Origin: Klebsormidium nitens
Taxonomy: Eukaryota > Plantae > Klebsormidiophyceae
Assembly: GCA_000708835.1 (NCBI GenBank)
Contig: DF237349.1
Span: 1 to 64,000, forward strand
Direction of reading: 5' to 3'
Length of the DNA stretch: 64,000 bases
Shown here: positions 36,162 to 49,800 of the stretch, piece after piece
Layout of the letters: each line of letters begins with the position of its first letter
How positions within the stretch are numbered: the first letter of the stretch is position 1
Position numbers and translations under genes: made by a program
The notes under the pieces: model-generated
Database searches by the model: none
Told to the model about the DNA's origin: nothing
Seen by the model: only the letters and a program-made list of their open reading frames with translations

Positions 36162-37472
36162 GAGCAGCCCTTTGGGCTGAAGTTCGATGCATTGCTCTTC
36201 TCATAAATCACGGAAGGGAGGGTTGAAAGCCTTCCCCCTTAGGCGAGCAAAATTTGTATCCACTGCGCCTTCTATTAGCGGTGTGATGCAGAGTAAGTCA
36301 CTGCGTCATGATGATGCACGACAAACCTAGAGTGCGTGACCAAGCAGGCGTGAAACCTGGAGAGGGGCTGCTGCTCCCTAGCAAACAATTTTAAGAGCCT
36401 TTGACATTGATCATACTGTCAGGAGAGACGGCAGCCAGACGCTGCTTGCTTTGCAAGCGAGCCTCGGAGGTGTTGAATGAAACTTACAAATCGAATGGTG
36501 TATGTGTCAAAAGTTTCAAGTTTGACATCACATAGTTCTTATTGCACACCATAGCGTATGTTAATGAAAGCGGCCCAGCCATGCATTCGATCGATGTTGA
36601 GACGATCTTCATGGCATGGTAGTGGGCGTGCAATGCAATTACATACAACCGATATAAACTATCTCATCCCACGTAGTTTATACCGTTCATATGCAAATTT
36701 TCAGAGAATGCGTTCACATGGTGTCGGATACTGGATGGCGGCCGCAATTAAACATCCATTGAAAACTTGGAGTGTTGCTTTCCGTACACAACATTTACAT
36801 TTTCTGTTTTACAGAAATCGGGAGATCGTTCAATGTATGCTAGCGCAATCAGTCCATCGTTACCAGCCACTTCGTCTCGAACGGCTACCATACAATTAAG
36901 CTACAGTCCCAACGCGTGCCTCTTATCCATTCTCAAGATAACCCTCTATCTTCATTTTACTGTTACTTCCAACAAAGTGTTGATCTCACCGAGTCAGTCA
37001 GCGCGCTAGTTTACATTGTTAGAATACAGACTCAAAACCGGGGGCGCTTTAGCTTGTCAGGCCCCCGTAGAACTACAATACAACGCGTGCAACACATACC
37101 GGACATTTACTCAATCCAAATCTAAACTGGGCTCGACTTTTCCCCGGCAGACTTGCCAGGGCTCTTGCCTTGCAGAATACCAGCGGGGCTCGATTTCTTG
37201 GAGTCAACGTCCTGTCCAATTGTCAGGGTGTCACTCTGAGGAGACCGGTAAGCACCGCCGGGCTTCTCCATCTTCGGAGCTCCCTGCAAAAATAAGGATT
37301 CCAGATTAGCACATGATTCGTAGGTGTAAGACCGTTTTGAGGATTGGGTTGCAGCCACTAGAACAGAACCTTCCACCTTCAAGAAAGCATGTGATCAAAA
37401 CCTGTAAATGACCTTGTTTGAACCTTATTTCTCAAGCTACAGTGTTCAGGAAAAACTCTCATCATATGACAA

Positions 37473-39267
37473 TCACACGAAGAGGGGGACAGGAATCCAG
37501 GCTATGATTGGCCCCCTATTGAGCACTTCTGTCAATGGCTGATGCATGGATAGATGGGACCACCAAATAATGCATGCATAAACCTGACACCACACCTCTT
37601 ATAGAGTAGAGTAGCAAGTTTGTGCACAGAGAAAGTCTTTCCAACTCACTGTGATTGTGCCGCCTGAGGCCTGAGCATTGACGCGTCCAGCTTCCTGGAC
37701 AGTGTTTCCAGCCCCGCGCCCAAGAGTGGAGGGCTCTCTCCTACCCTGCGAGTGAAGAAGCGGAATGACTAGATGAGTTACTCAAACAAAATTTGCAAGT
37801 CAACATGAACTATTGTAAAGTCTTTGATGCAGCGACGATGTTTTCGGGCATAAGGAGCTTAATGTAGATGACATCATCAAGGAAGACACGCGTCAGTAGA
37901 GTCACTGAGACACAAAATCTGGAGCAAGATGTTCATGGCAAGACGCTTCTCAGTCGCCATAGCATGCAGGGCTTCTCAAGACTCTTACGGCGATGAGGAG
38001 GAAAGCTTATGGAAGGAGGACCCACTAAACTACGACATATTGTCTTTCGCATGAATGACGAAAATCTGAACCACATGAAACAAAGCCAACCCAAAGCCAT
38101 CGTCACAGCCTGTTCAATAGAAAGGCTCTCCTTCTAACACTCCACATGTATTTCACAGAATCAAAGATAGTACAACTTCAAAGGGACATACCTGAGTGAC
38201 AGCATCCTGCTCATCTCTTACAGCACCTTCCACCTTCTGAATGTCAGCCTTGGCATTGCCGCTTGCAAAGGTCTCGCCGACCAGTGCAGCGGTAAGAGCA
38301 ACAGCTGCCGCCATGATGCTCCTCCTCTGTACCTTTAGCTCGGAAGCATCCTGTGGAGGTTAGAACCAAGGGTTGTCAGTGTTTGTTGCAAGATTCTGAA
38401 GTAGCAAAGAAGCTATGTACTAACCGCAGTGATTCACTGCTTTACTAGTGCCTTAGTCTCACCTTCTGTGGAACCCGGTAAGGTCAGTATGGTGACAGAT
38501 TAAACCAAAATGCTTCCGCAGTTGCTGGCGATTTCAAATGGACGGAAACAGACTTTATGGATTCAATGGACGCCTTACCAGCAAAGGTCGAAGACTTGAT
38601 TAGGCCTGATAAAGACTGGAAACTTTCTTTGTATTAGATTTGCACTTCTGGGATTTACGAGTTCAAATTTGAGGAACTATCCAATACCGGAAGTAGGCAC
38701 GCATGCATGCATTCATTCAGTGGGTAATCTAATGGCCCACTTTTATTGCAAGACACAACAATACTTGAGGCTACAGACCACTTACTACCCGCCAATCTCG
38801 CCAATCTTTCATGCGTAACATAGTCGTATTGGTAAAGGTAATTATCAACCTCACAAACTGATGGAACAGACCTAGATTTTGGAATACCACGAACCACATT
38901 GTTCAAAGATACATTGTTCAAAGATACAAAAAATCAAGCCACATTGAACCTACATTTTCCGCAGCAGAGTTGCAACGTTCTCGAAGAGGCATACAAAGGG
39001 TGGCTTGGAAACGCATCAAGGTGACATTGGCATCTCTGTGAATGATGTCAGCAAGTCCCTCACCTCATTCTGCTCGGCAAGTGCACACACAACCCTGCTG
39101 CGCTGCGCGCAATTCTTGCTGCTGCATCTGAGTCCGGCGGGGGTGAACGTGCTCGTCTTCAAAGAGGAGCTGAATGCTGAGCCAGCGGTTGCATGCCGGC
39201 GCTCCGCATGAGACAAGGCTACGGTTTGGCCCGCCAAGCGGGAGGCAATGGCTGCAGATGATGCCAT
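37473..39267 (-). CDS. Small putative thylakoid-lumen protein (transit peptide + twin-Arg signal + AxA), function unknown; last exon uncertain
   Basis: Exons 39064-39267 (MASSAAIASRLAG...RVVCALAEQNE), 38192-38350 (QRRSIMAAAVALTAALVG...NAKA-DIQK), 37650-37745, and tentatively 37473-37538; GT-AG, phase 0. Confidence 0.6.
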
Positions 39268-39948
39268 GTCAAATACGCAATCAGTCAACACGAAACGTAA
39301 GATGGATAAAGTCACCCGCACGAGGATGATGCAAGGCTCCTTGGGACTTGGGTAATGGAGCTATTCTGGATGTGGAAATAAGGAGAGCGGCGCCTGCATT
39401 GATAGCTTTTGCAGTGGCGCATTCCAATCCGCCCGTCTCCTTCTATCCGCCCTTCTCGTGGGCCAACTTGAACTTCTGGAGCAGAATTCTGCATGCATTT
39501 GAGGCCGGAAAAAGATGCACGGCTCAGGAACCAACAAAGTGGCGCGAATGGAGGGGCTTTCAAGATTTTGTCCCCATCCATAATGCACATCGGTCTGACA
39601 AGTGGTGCCCTCTAAAGTTGCTCTACAAATTTGAACCAATCAGAGGACGCACGCTAGATCCCCCGGGCGTACGTCATCCTGATGCTTACTCGTGCCACGT
39701 GCTGCTCTCAGAAGCTTCTTGAAGGTGAAATCCAACGCGACGAGGTTCACGGCCGCCATGGAAGCGCGGTCGCCAACGTCAGAAGGTGTCTCCGGAAAAG
39801 CTTTCTGTATTGGCTCACGCCATTCCTCTCAGGCTGCTGCAAAGTTCAGCTGGGAAGAGCTTTCTTCCAAATCAGGAGCCCACTTCAATCCTGCAAGAAA
39901 AACAAACCTCCGAGCTGTTTTGGAAGAAACTTCTCTGAGCACGAAAGC

Positions 39949-42900
39949 ATGGCTACGTCATCTGCGATACAGAGGGGCTCGCTAGCTCCTCTGTCATCGG
40001 TGACGCACACCACCGCTGTGGTTGAAGAATCAAGATGCTTCTCTGCGGTGGCACGCAAAAGCAAACCCGCAAAGTTTTCCAACTATGGTCATGGTATGCA
40101 AAAACTAACCTTCTCGAGCCTTTTGGGTGGCGGCCAGCGTTCTTTGGGACAAGGCTTTAGGAACCCTGAGCAACAGGAACCGCGGAAAGCTGGGAGCGAG
40201 ATTGTAGCGCAGGCGGTGAGCACTCGGTTCAACAGGAAGGCACGCAGGGCAGAGAACGTGGAGGGGGACTTCTTTGTTGGTGAGAGCTTTTTGGAATGAT
40301 TGTTGTTGTGCCCTTTTCACATGAGGTCGCTGGAGTGGGTCTAAGAGTTTGTCGAGGGCTGTGGATTGGTGGTGTGAGAGCGTTTCACCTGGAAGTCAAT
40401 GGAAGAGATTAACGAAGTGCTTCTGCTTGCAAAGTGAGGTTGTTTAGGCTCGCCATACACGGAGAATTCGCAAGAGACGGACTGCCTTGAATTTTGCTCC
40501 TAAAAAGGAAGAGAGAGTAGTGCTTATGGTACTTTTGGAGCTTGAAAACTGTCACGAGAAGGAGTTGGGCTGGGCCTGTGGGATGACTGGATAGACCTGA
40601 TTCGGATTCAATCGATTTCTGGACCAGTGGAAGTCTATAGACGGTTACTTGTTGGAGATGCCACAGCATTTAAACCAATTTTGAATGGTTTATTCATCAT
40701 AGGCTGCTGTTGATGATACGCTTTGTAATAATACATCTGGCTGACACGCCCATCATTTGTTGCTCAACGGTTTCGCCTGACGGTTTCTCAAGTCGTTGTT
40801 TGTTTGAGTTTTTCTAGTCACAATGCTGCTGCATCCAGCTGAATGGGAATCTTGATTGGACAGGTTTCCTTGTCATTACTGGTTGGATATAGACACATGG
40901 ATAGACGTGTAGCTCGAATGACTCAACAAGCGTGACAGGGGAACTTATATACTCCATAAAGGCAATTGCAGCTCCCAGAGGAGATTTGCTCTGAAACCAA
41001 GAGCCTTGCCAGAAAATAGTAGCTGGTTTCAAATTCATTGTGACCTACTTCAGTTAACCGCCTGGTTGTGGCATTTTTTGTATGTCTTATCTCGTCACAC
41101 GGCCAGTCAATCTAGCCAAAGGTCGATCGTACATTGATTTGCGCTCCACACAGGTCAAGGACTTCCTAGTCCATTTTTAATATCCTGAGTTTTGCTTCGT
41201 TCTTCAACTATTGCAGATCACACCTGCATCGATTGCGATACCTGTCGATGGATGGCCCCCGAGACCTTCTCTCATTTGAACGGCCAGTCTGCGGTTCACC
41301 GACAGCCGCAAACACCGGACGAGCGGACGCGTGCGCTGCAGGCGCTCCTTGCGTGTCCGACGGCGTCGATCCGGACGGAAACGCCGCCAAAGGACATCAA
41401 AGATGCGCAGAACACGTTTCCACTCGCCATAGATCCTGAAACACTACCGGTGAGGCTCTGTAACTCCAGCAGTGCCTTTGAGGAGCAGCATGGTGTGCCT
41501 CAACTTGAAGCGCCGTTGCGAGGGTCGACTTATCTTGCGAACAAATTGCAGTGCTTTCGTTTGCAGAACCACGTGGGTAAGTATTGCCTACAAGGTGTTC
41601 TTAAGAGGTTACGTCACGCGCGGCACCAACATCGTGTGACAGAATGCAAACGGCGATACAACTGTTCTGTTGAAGGGTCAGAAGCTGTAAGATGTGGGAA
41701 CTCGTGATGATTCTTAAAAGTGGGACTTGTGATGACTACTGATGACGTCACTCCGTTTGCAGGGGGTGTACCACAGCGGGTACCACTCCGAAAACTCGTA
41801 CGGCGCCACGTCGTATTTCGTGCATCGGCCGGAGCGGGGCAACATCCTCATTGACAGGTGGGCTTTCGTCACCCCCTTACGTCAAACATCTGTACGTCTG
41901 ACGTCACATAGGGTGCGTTCAATGCCGGGCTTCTTTATGCCCAGACCGCTTGGGAAACTGCAGGCTGAATCAGAGGTTTTCGTTTAGGGCATTCGGTTAA
42001 AGATTGGTAATTGCACAAGACCACGAGGTTGTTGCCTCCGAGGTGGGTCAGGGGAGCTCCAGTCAAGCGCAGAGTTCGGCTGCGGCCATGTCAAGCGGTG
42101 TATAATTCCAATTTGACAGAACAATTCTGCGCACAGGTTTGTTTACCTTCTTAGTTAGATTGGGTGTCGTTCCGTGACACGGGCAGCGTCGACCGTTGAT
42201 GACGTTCGCACGCGTTTGATATCAATGTCTGCAGACCCTCCTCAGTTGCACGCTGCTATGACAAAAAGACGTTGTATGGGACTTTGCTTACTCTGCATTC
42301 CTGGCATCGCTGGAAGTTTCGGGACTGCTGAAAGGAGCGTGCGCCGTTTTGACCCGACTTTGTTGTCAGGTAGCCTGAAAGAGGAGCATGATGGCGGTTG
42401 TTGACCGTATTTGCAGCCCCGCATCGATTGAACGTCCACAAATAACTTCAAAGTTTGGCAGCGGGCAGTACTCCTTCCTGCTTTTCTGAACGCGTTAGGC
42501 CGTCTTCGATGCCAGCTGACGTCATGAGCTGACGTCATGAGTCTTCTTGCCGCAGCCCCCGCTTTACCGAAGTCCTCGCGAAGCGGATCGAACAGATGGG
42601 CGGCGTGCGGTACATGTTCCTGACGCACCAGGACGACGTGGCAGATCACGCCAAGTGGGCGGCGCGCTTCGGGTGTGAGCGCATCATACACGAAGATGAC
42701 GTAAGCACCTTTCTTCTGGTACCGGGTTCTGCAGTGTTTGGTAGAAAGCCGTCAGGAGTGACACACTCATTTTCACCGTCGAAGATTGAGAGTTGCCGAA
42801 GTTGATAGTGCGCTTCAGGTAGGAGCGACTTCTGGGAATGAGATCAGCCAGTTCATCTTGGTCCTCTCAACCCTCGAGGCATCTGCAAAAAGTCAGGCTT

Positions 42901-45682
42901 GCAGAGTCCGACAGAATGTGTACGTTTTAAGAGCGACTAACAATTGGGCGTCGGGCGTTGGGTGTGTTGGCAGTATTCGCGACCAGATGACAACAAAAAA
43001 CTCTTGCTTGGTTGCAACAAAGCTTGACTCCTGACTGTCAATCTTTCGTTTCCAAAAAAGTCACACATTTGCCAGTGAGGTTAGGAAACAAAGTAGGTCT
43101 TGTTTTCTCGAATCCGTTGCTCCTCGGTTCGACTGAGTGGAATAAGAGATTGAATGCGAAGCAAAGTTTTTCAAGCTTCTGGGCTCTTTCAACTCCTCCG
43201 AAATGGACGGCCGGAACGCGCTCACCTCTTGTGGCACAGACATTGCTCGTGGCGACTTATCGGCAGCCCCCTAACAACATCCGCAAGGGAACTAGAAAAC
43301 ATGCTCTTTCTGCGTGTGCCAGGTACTGTCTCGTGATGTTCTCCCGGGTCAATGTGGAAGACACCAAATAAACTCCATTTGTCCACTTCGTTTAACTTTT
43401 TCCAAAAAGGTTCAATGTCGAAGACGAGGGAAACTGACTCTAGTTGTGGTTTACAGGTGCGGTCGAGCACGCGAGACGTTGAGCGGAAGCTAGAGGGCAG
43501 CGGCCCGTGGACGCTCGACGAGGAGGTGGAGCTTATTCACACCCCTGGGCACACCGCGGTGAGCTAACTCCTGCGCATTTCTGGTCGTATTCATGCTTTT
43601 TATCATGCGTGCCACTGTAGCCATGTTTGAGAGTTCACAGTACTTATGCGGTGTCGATTAGGATAATATACGTGTTACCTGTCAAGGTAGTCCGTCTCGC
43701 TGCATTTGCAAAACCTGCTTAAGAACAAGTCTTTATCCGTTAATATCAAATCAGGAGGGAATGCTTTCGGGTTTAACGGGGTTTGCCAGTCTACAGACTC
43801 CTTCTGATGCGCTGCGTGTGGCCTGATTAGTCATACCCAAAGATGAGCGGAATGCTTGACCAGAAGCATAGAAACTATCAGTCCGGAAGGATCGAACCCT
43901 TACCGGTTCACGTACTTCTCAAAGCGACTGTGCCACTGAGCCAGGCATTATTGCAGTTGTCCCTTTCATATTGCAGTTGTCCCTTTCATGCAGTCAGCAG
44001 TAAGGAAAAACTTTTCCTTACTACTGACTGCGCCATTGCAAAGGCAAACAAAACAAGAATTTCGCCAAACGGATACCAAACAAACACAACACTGGCAAAG
44101 CTTAAGCAGGCGGGCTCCAAAGAGCCCATGTTTCTGAGTCTCCTTTTGTTGAACCCCTCTATACAGGGCTGCGTGTCTCTCTTCTACAAGCCGCACAAGG
44201 CCCTCTTCACAGGGGACCATTTGGCCTACTCCCGGCGGCAAGAAGGGCTGTCTATCTTCCGCGGTGTAAACTGGTACTCAGGTGAGGGAGTATTCACACT
44301 GAGGCTTTGTGGAGTATCCTTCGGGCCGTAGAGGGAGACTCTGGTCCATTATGATGCACACCGAGCACCTTCTGCGGCCTTATTGGCAGTCCACACAATC
44401 GAATTTGCGTCGACACCCCCGAATGCGTGTATCGGATTGTGGATTGGGAATTATGTAAGCTGAGTTCGCACGGCGGCCTTGTTTGCGTTGGTTCAATCCG
44501 TTATCCGGTCCTAGGCATCCGTTGAAAAGCTTTTCCGTTCCGCCTGGCAGATCGGACCCGTGTCATTCTTTTTTTTTCGTTTTGCTGGTCTTTTGACTCG
44601 TAAAAAGGAAGGCTCCTGTTTCAAATGAGTGTTGGTTTCCTCCTACGAACCGCTCCAAAAAAAAAATCCCCGTCTCTTGTCCGCAGTGTCCAAGCAAATT
44701 GACAGCGTCCGCAAACTGATCCCACTCGATTTCCTTTGGCTTCTCCCTGGTAAGTCCCGCGTACGTTAACTGGAGTTGGGTTATACTGGAGTTTGCATTT
44801 AACCTGTTCGCGCTGGGAGGTTCAGAAAATGGCGTGACACTCGAATCTCAAAAAGTCTTGATTCACGAATCTGGTCCGGACAAACCGAGGACGCTGATAT
44901 GGTCCACCGTTTGTGGCAAAAGTGCCCAGGGGTCTCAAACGACCAGTTTTGTTCATCGAAACCGAACCGGGTTCCGTTCCGCGCCTGTACTTTGGGATAG
45001 CCGACAGTGGACAACTTTGACGCAAACTCGGATATGTCAAACAAACAAGTGGCGGTTCCGGCCTTGTGAATCCAGGCATAAATTTCATTCGAAGCCTTGG
45101 TTTTTGAGTACGGGCATTTAGCGCTTTGAACGCCAGACCCCCTGGAAACGCTTCGCTCCTTTGGCATCGCTCGCATATGCTGAAGCAGCTTGTCGAAGGG
45201 CACTGCTCAGTGGCGTAGTTTTCTTTTGTTTGTGTCGTTTCGATTTGCTTCGTTTCGTTCGTTCTTTCGAAAAGAGCAAAGGGCTTCACACCTTCGATCT
45301 GGAAAAAGGGCTAACGAACCCGCAGAAATCATGCCTTGACTACTTGAAACAGAGATGCCAACATTCAATAAACACCCCTTGTCTTAGCAGCATTTCAATG
45401 CCGGTCACGTCATGCTCCTGCGCTAATTCATTGTTAGCTGGATTGATGTCCGACTGACCCTGAGCTGTGTTCGTTTGAAATTTGGCTGAAACGACATCTG
45501 ATAGCCGGTAATATCTTTTTACCCTACTTATTGCTATCTATTATGAATGATAGGCGATGGTAAACTGCTACTGACATCGCCCACTTTGCTATTGTGTTTC
45601 AGGGCACGGCCGGCGTTACCACTTCGAAAGCGAAGCCGACAGACGGGAAAAGCTGGAGGAGCTAGTTGCTCAGGAGAGTTAA
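39949..45682 (+). CDS. Plastid-type ferredoxin (CxxCxxC...CP) - metallo-beta-lactamase fold fusion protein, 387 aa, 8 exons
   Basis: Exons 39949-40279, 41217-41449, 41763-41857, 42556-42700, 43457-43558, 44167-44281, 44687-44749, 45603-45682 (1164 nt, phases consistent). Motifs [65 protein letters not shown]. Confidence 0.92.
43990..44031. repeat. 42-bp near-perfect palindrome (20-bp stem, 1 mismatch, 2-nt loop) in intron 5 of the Fd-MBL gene
   Basis: GCAGTCAGCAGTAAGGAAAA-AC-TTTTCCTTACTACTGACTGC, directly preceded by a ~20-bp tandem duplication ATTGCAGTTGTCCCTTTCAT x2. Confidence 0.9.
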
Positions 45683-46800
45683 GCATAGGCGACGCTACCG
45701 CACGCAACCGACTATATTTGATTATGTTGACTACACTTGAATTTGAGAGAAGCACCAATTGTTATCTCCTGTACAGCCTATAGCGTTTCTAGTAAGTTCT
45801 AAAGCTAGCTAGACTAAGTTTGCTGGAGGTTGATTTGGGTTGTAAATTTGTGCTCGCGTTTTGGTTGCGCCTCATTCTATTGCGTTGCCAGACTAGCAAT
45901 TGACCTTGAAAACGCTTATATCTTATACTAATTGGCTGAAAGGATTTGTGTACATTCGATATGAGTTGAATTTCGATCAGGACGCTTAAATTAACACGCG
46001 AGTGACCCCATCAATCATTTTCAAAGCTCCGGATTGCATTTCAACTTATAATCCCCATTAGTACGGGTCAAAAAGGTTTGCCTCAAGCTGGTGTATGAGT
46101 TGCCTGCACTGAGTGCTGGAGCACGAAGCTGCAATGAACACAAATTAACAGCATGAACGCCACGGCGCGTCACCTGCTAATGGGCCCCGGCCCTTGGTTG
46201 TGCTAAATTGCTGCAGCTTTAAAAGCAGGCTCAGTGACGGAGATTGAACTTACAAAACAAGATAACGAGCGGGCGGCCCGCGTGGCATGCAATCAAGCGG
46301 CGGCCCCCGTAGACATATCCAGTTTGGAGTACAGCTTAAGTTAGGCTGAAGTGACAACCGTCAACAGAATTCACTGTATACACGTTGCACAATTTCTGCA
46401 TGCAGAGGGCCGTGCGGCCGAGCTCAGCCTCTGACTGATTTGGACATTTGAGTGATTTCTTTGGTGCGCTCAGTCAGTGTGCAACAAGTGTGGCATGCTT
46501 TAATCTAGCGGTGCCAGGTTCCTTTCGAGCTAGACTTCTAATTCAAAGACCTCATCCTCCGACATGATCTTCTGTATCCTTTCCAAGGGAAGCCAATCCT
46601 GCGAGGCTCTAGATTTGAACGTATACGCGCTACAATCGCCGTGCGTGCAACGCTAGACACGTGCATCGCCATTAGCACAAAAGGTTTACCGCGACGGCGC
46701 GAGGTACGCGGCGACTCTAGAGCCAATGTCATCTTGCTCGCTGTACTGTACAACTGTTGGAAGTGCATGATCAGGTCCAATCGTAGCTCGCCACGTGGCC

Positions 46801-49800
46801 CTAGACGTAGTATTGCGGCTTCATGAAAGCCGGACGGTCCAGCTCCGCATCCTCCTCGTCCGTGCCCCATTCGTACACGGGCTCCTCGACGTCCGCGCGC
46901 GAGCGCGAGCGCGAAAACGTCCGCCCTTCCGCCGCCTTCTTCTTCAAGCTCTGGAGGCTCGCTTTCACGACCGGAGCGACGCGGATTCCGCCGGCCCTCC
47001 GCCCATCGCCGTCGAAAAACTCGCCGGACTCCGTGTTCAGCCGCGATCCGCTGACCGCCATTCGGCGCGCGTGTGGCCGTTCCGGCGGATCCGCCCGGCC
47101 GAACGCCCCCGGGGATGACATGTTGCTGACGTTGCTTATGGTCCGCTCGCGGCGCGGGGGTCTGTGTGCACTAAGGTCGGCCGACTGTGTGCTAAGCTTC
47201 CGCGTCCGCCTTTGACCCTCTCGGGGGGATCCCCCGGCCAACGGGCTCCCCCGGGGGGATCCCTCGAGAAGCGACACCAACCGGGGCGCTTTTTCTCTTG
47301 TACTGCCCGGAGATCCTTTCGAAGGACGTACCCCCGCACGGCCCTCAAAGTTGGACTGGTACCGTCTCGGGCTGCCCCTGTGACTTCCGCCGGGCTCACT
47401 CCTCTCCGGAATCCGCTCATGATGTTGGAGGGATCCCTCGACAAGCGACACCATCCGGGGTGCTCCTACTCTATGACTGCCCCGCGAGGATGAATCGCTC
47501 TCTTCGTAGGTCGTCTGGTACCGTCTTGGGCTGCCTCGGTGAGCTATCCGTTCGTGATCTTCCCGGGGGGATCCCCCAACCAACGGGCTTCCCCGGGGGG
47601 ACCCCTCGACCAGCGAGACCAAATGGGGGGCTTTCTCTATTAAAGACGGAGCTCCGTTCGACGGGCTGCGAGAGTGCATCCCCGCACGGCCTTCGTAGCT
47701 GGTCTGGTACCGTCTTGCGTTGCCGCGGTGCAATGCTCCAGGATCGCTCCTTGTTAAAGATGCTTGGTTTGAAAGCTTTGAGCCCCGGAGTGATTCCGGC
47801 GACCTGTCATACCTCTGGTCCGACTTCGAGTGCGCCTCCCGATTCTGGATGATCATCTGTTCCTCTTCATAGCTCCTTTCATCACCTTCGAAGTCCCTTT
47901 CCGGCGGAGCTCCACCGGAATACCCCTGTTGTTCTCCGAGCGACGACACGCGCGTCTTGCGCCGCGGCGCGCCCGCGGCGCGCGCACGCGCATCCGTCCA
48001 GCTCACCGACCGCCCGGCCGGCCGCAGCCCTTCCGTTTCCGCGTCGTAGGTTCCGCTGCTCCGGCGTCGAAGCGCCGGAGCCTGCCGCGCCGACCTGTGC
48101 GATTCGACGCTGTTCCTCGCTTGCGGCAGCTCACTTTCGCCGTATTCCCCTCCGTCCATTTCGGCCTCCGGCAGCAGGTCTCTTCCGGCGGAATCCTCCG
48201 CTTCAGTGTCGGACGGAGTCCGCTCCTCTAGCTCGTCCGAAACCTCTTCCGCGCGCGTGCTCCCCTTCCGACTTCCGCTCTTCCGGCTCCCTTTCCGGTG
48301 GAGGCTCCTCGATGTCCGCCGCTCCTCCGAGTCTGCGGCGTCCGCCTTTCTTCCAAACAGTCCGCGCAATTTCTTCATCAAGATCGCACGCTGTGTGTAG
48401 ATCGCTTTTGCGATACTGCATAGGAAAGAGCATAGAAGGTCATTCATAGGCTTTTGAGCTTTGATGCGTTGACAGGTTTCCGAACGTTCATTCACAGAAA
48501 TCTCATACCCAAATCGTCCGGCCCAAACTTCGGCGTGGCTTGCTAATGCAATGAAGTGGGAAGAGGTAGTGACACCTTTGCTAAGATGAGAGAGAGAAAA
48601 AGAAAGAGATCCCGACGGGAGGGTCGTCATTACAAGCCCACAAGTCCACCAAAATCCACACAGCGAGGATTGGTATCGATAGAGAGCAGCTCTGAGAATT
48701 GTAGCGCATCGATTTTAGCCACGATCAGTCGCTTCTAACAATGAAACTCTGTCCTTCATTCCGCTCCGGTCGATTGTACCGCTGGTGCAAAAGCGGAACC
48801 GGAACACAGAGCAACTCGCAGGGGTCGTGAAGCTCGAAATGAACAAGCAAGAACCATTGAATCCCTCTATACTTCGTTCCGTTCCGCTCGGTTGCACCGG
48901 TGGTGCACGAGCAGCATTTAAATGGTCAGCAGCTGCGCAAAGAGGAGCAGCAAACAACAGGAGAAGACCCTTTAGACAGGATTCTGTTGGAGCTCCGTTC
49001 CGTCCGTTCCATTTTGTTCTGCTCATATGCGCACGAGCTGCACCATAACGGACAGTAGCGGCGCGGAAAGGAGCAGCAGAGAGTTCTAAAACAACAAGGT
49101 ACCAAAGCTTCATTCCGTTCCGTTCCGCTCGATTTGAACATGTTGCACGAGCTGCGCCGGAACGGGCAGCAGCTACGTGGAGCCGAACATCACATGTCAT
49201 GAGAAACAAGACAACAAGAGCGTATAGAACAAGAAAGTGCCAAACGCCTCGTCCGTTCCGGTCGTTCCGTTCCGCTCACTTGTACCACTGGTGCACGAGC
49301 TGCACCAGAACGGACAGCAGCTGCGCGCGAGAGCAGGACTACAAACGACGAAGTAAAACCTCAGAACAACAAACGCAGAATCTGCGTTCCGTTCCCTTTT
49401 TCAAAGTTCCGTTCCGCTCACTTGTACCACTGGTGCACGAGCTGCACCAGAACGGACAGCAGCTGCGCGGAGAGGAGCAGCGACTGGATGGCGCTGTCGC
49501 TGAGGCGCGCCTGCGCCCAGCCGCTCGCGGTGCGCCAGAGAACTAGGATGGCGAGCAAAAAGCTGACGGTCTCGCAGATGAGCACGATCTCCTCAATGGC
49601 CTGGATGCTCCGGTCGAGGTACGGCTTGAAGAACATGAGGTATGAGAGCTGGAAGAGAGAATAAACGAACAGGATAACCACCTGCGAGAAAAGGATTTAG
49701 CTTTTTATGTTCTGATCCCTTGTTTCAAATTACGTTGTGAAGCCTTTGTTGAATACTCAAACGTGGCGGACGAACATGATGCAGGAGAGCTGGAAAGAGA

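Noticed and set aside
20285-45682. Functional gene cluster (UPM1, MRS2, Fd-MBL, lumen protein)
   Set aside because: No shared pathway can be supported; mixed orientations and housekeeping genes (LSM3, FIE) are interspersed.
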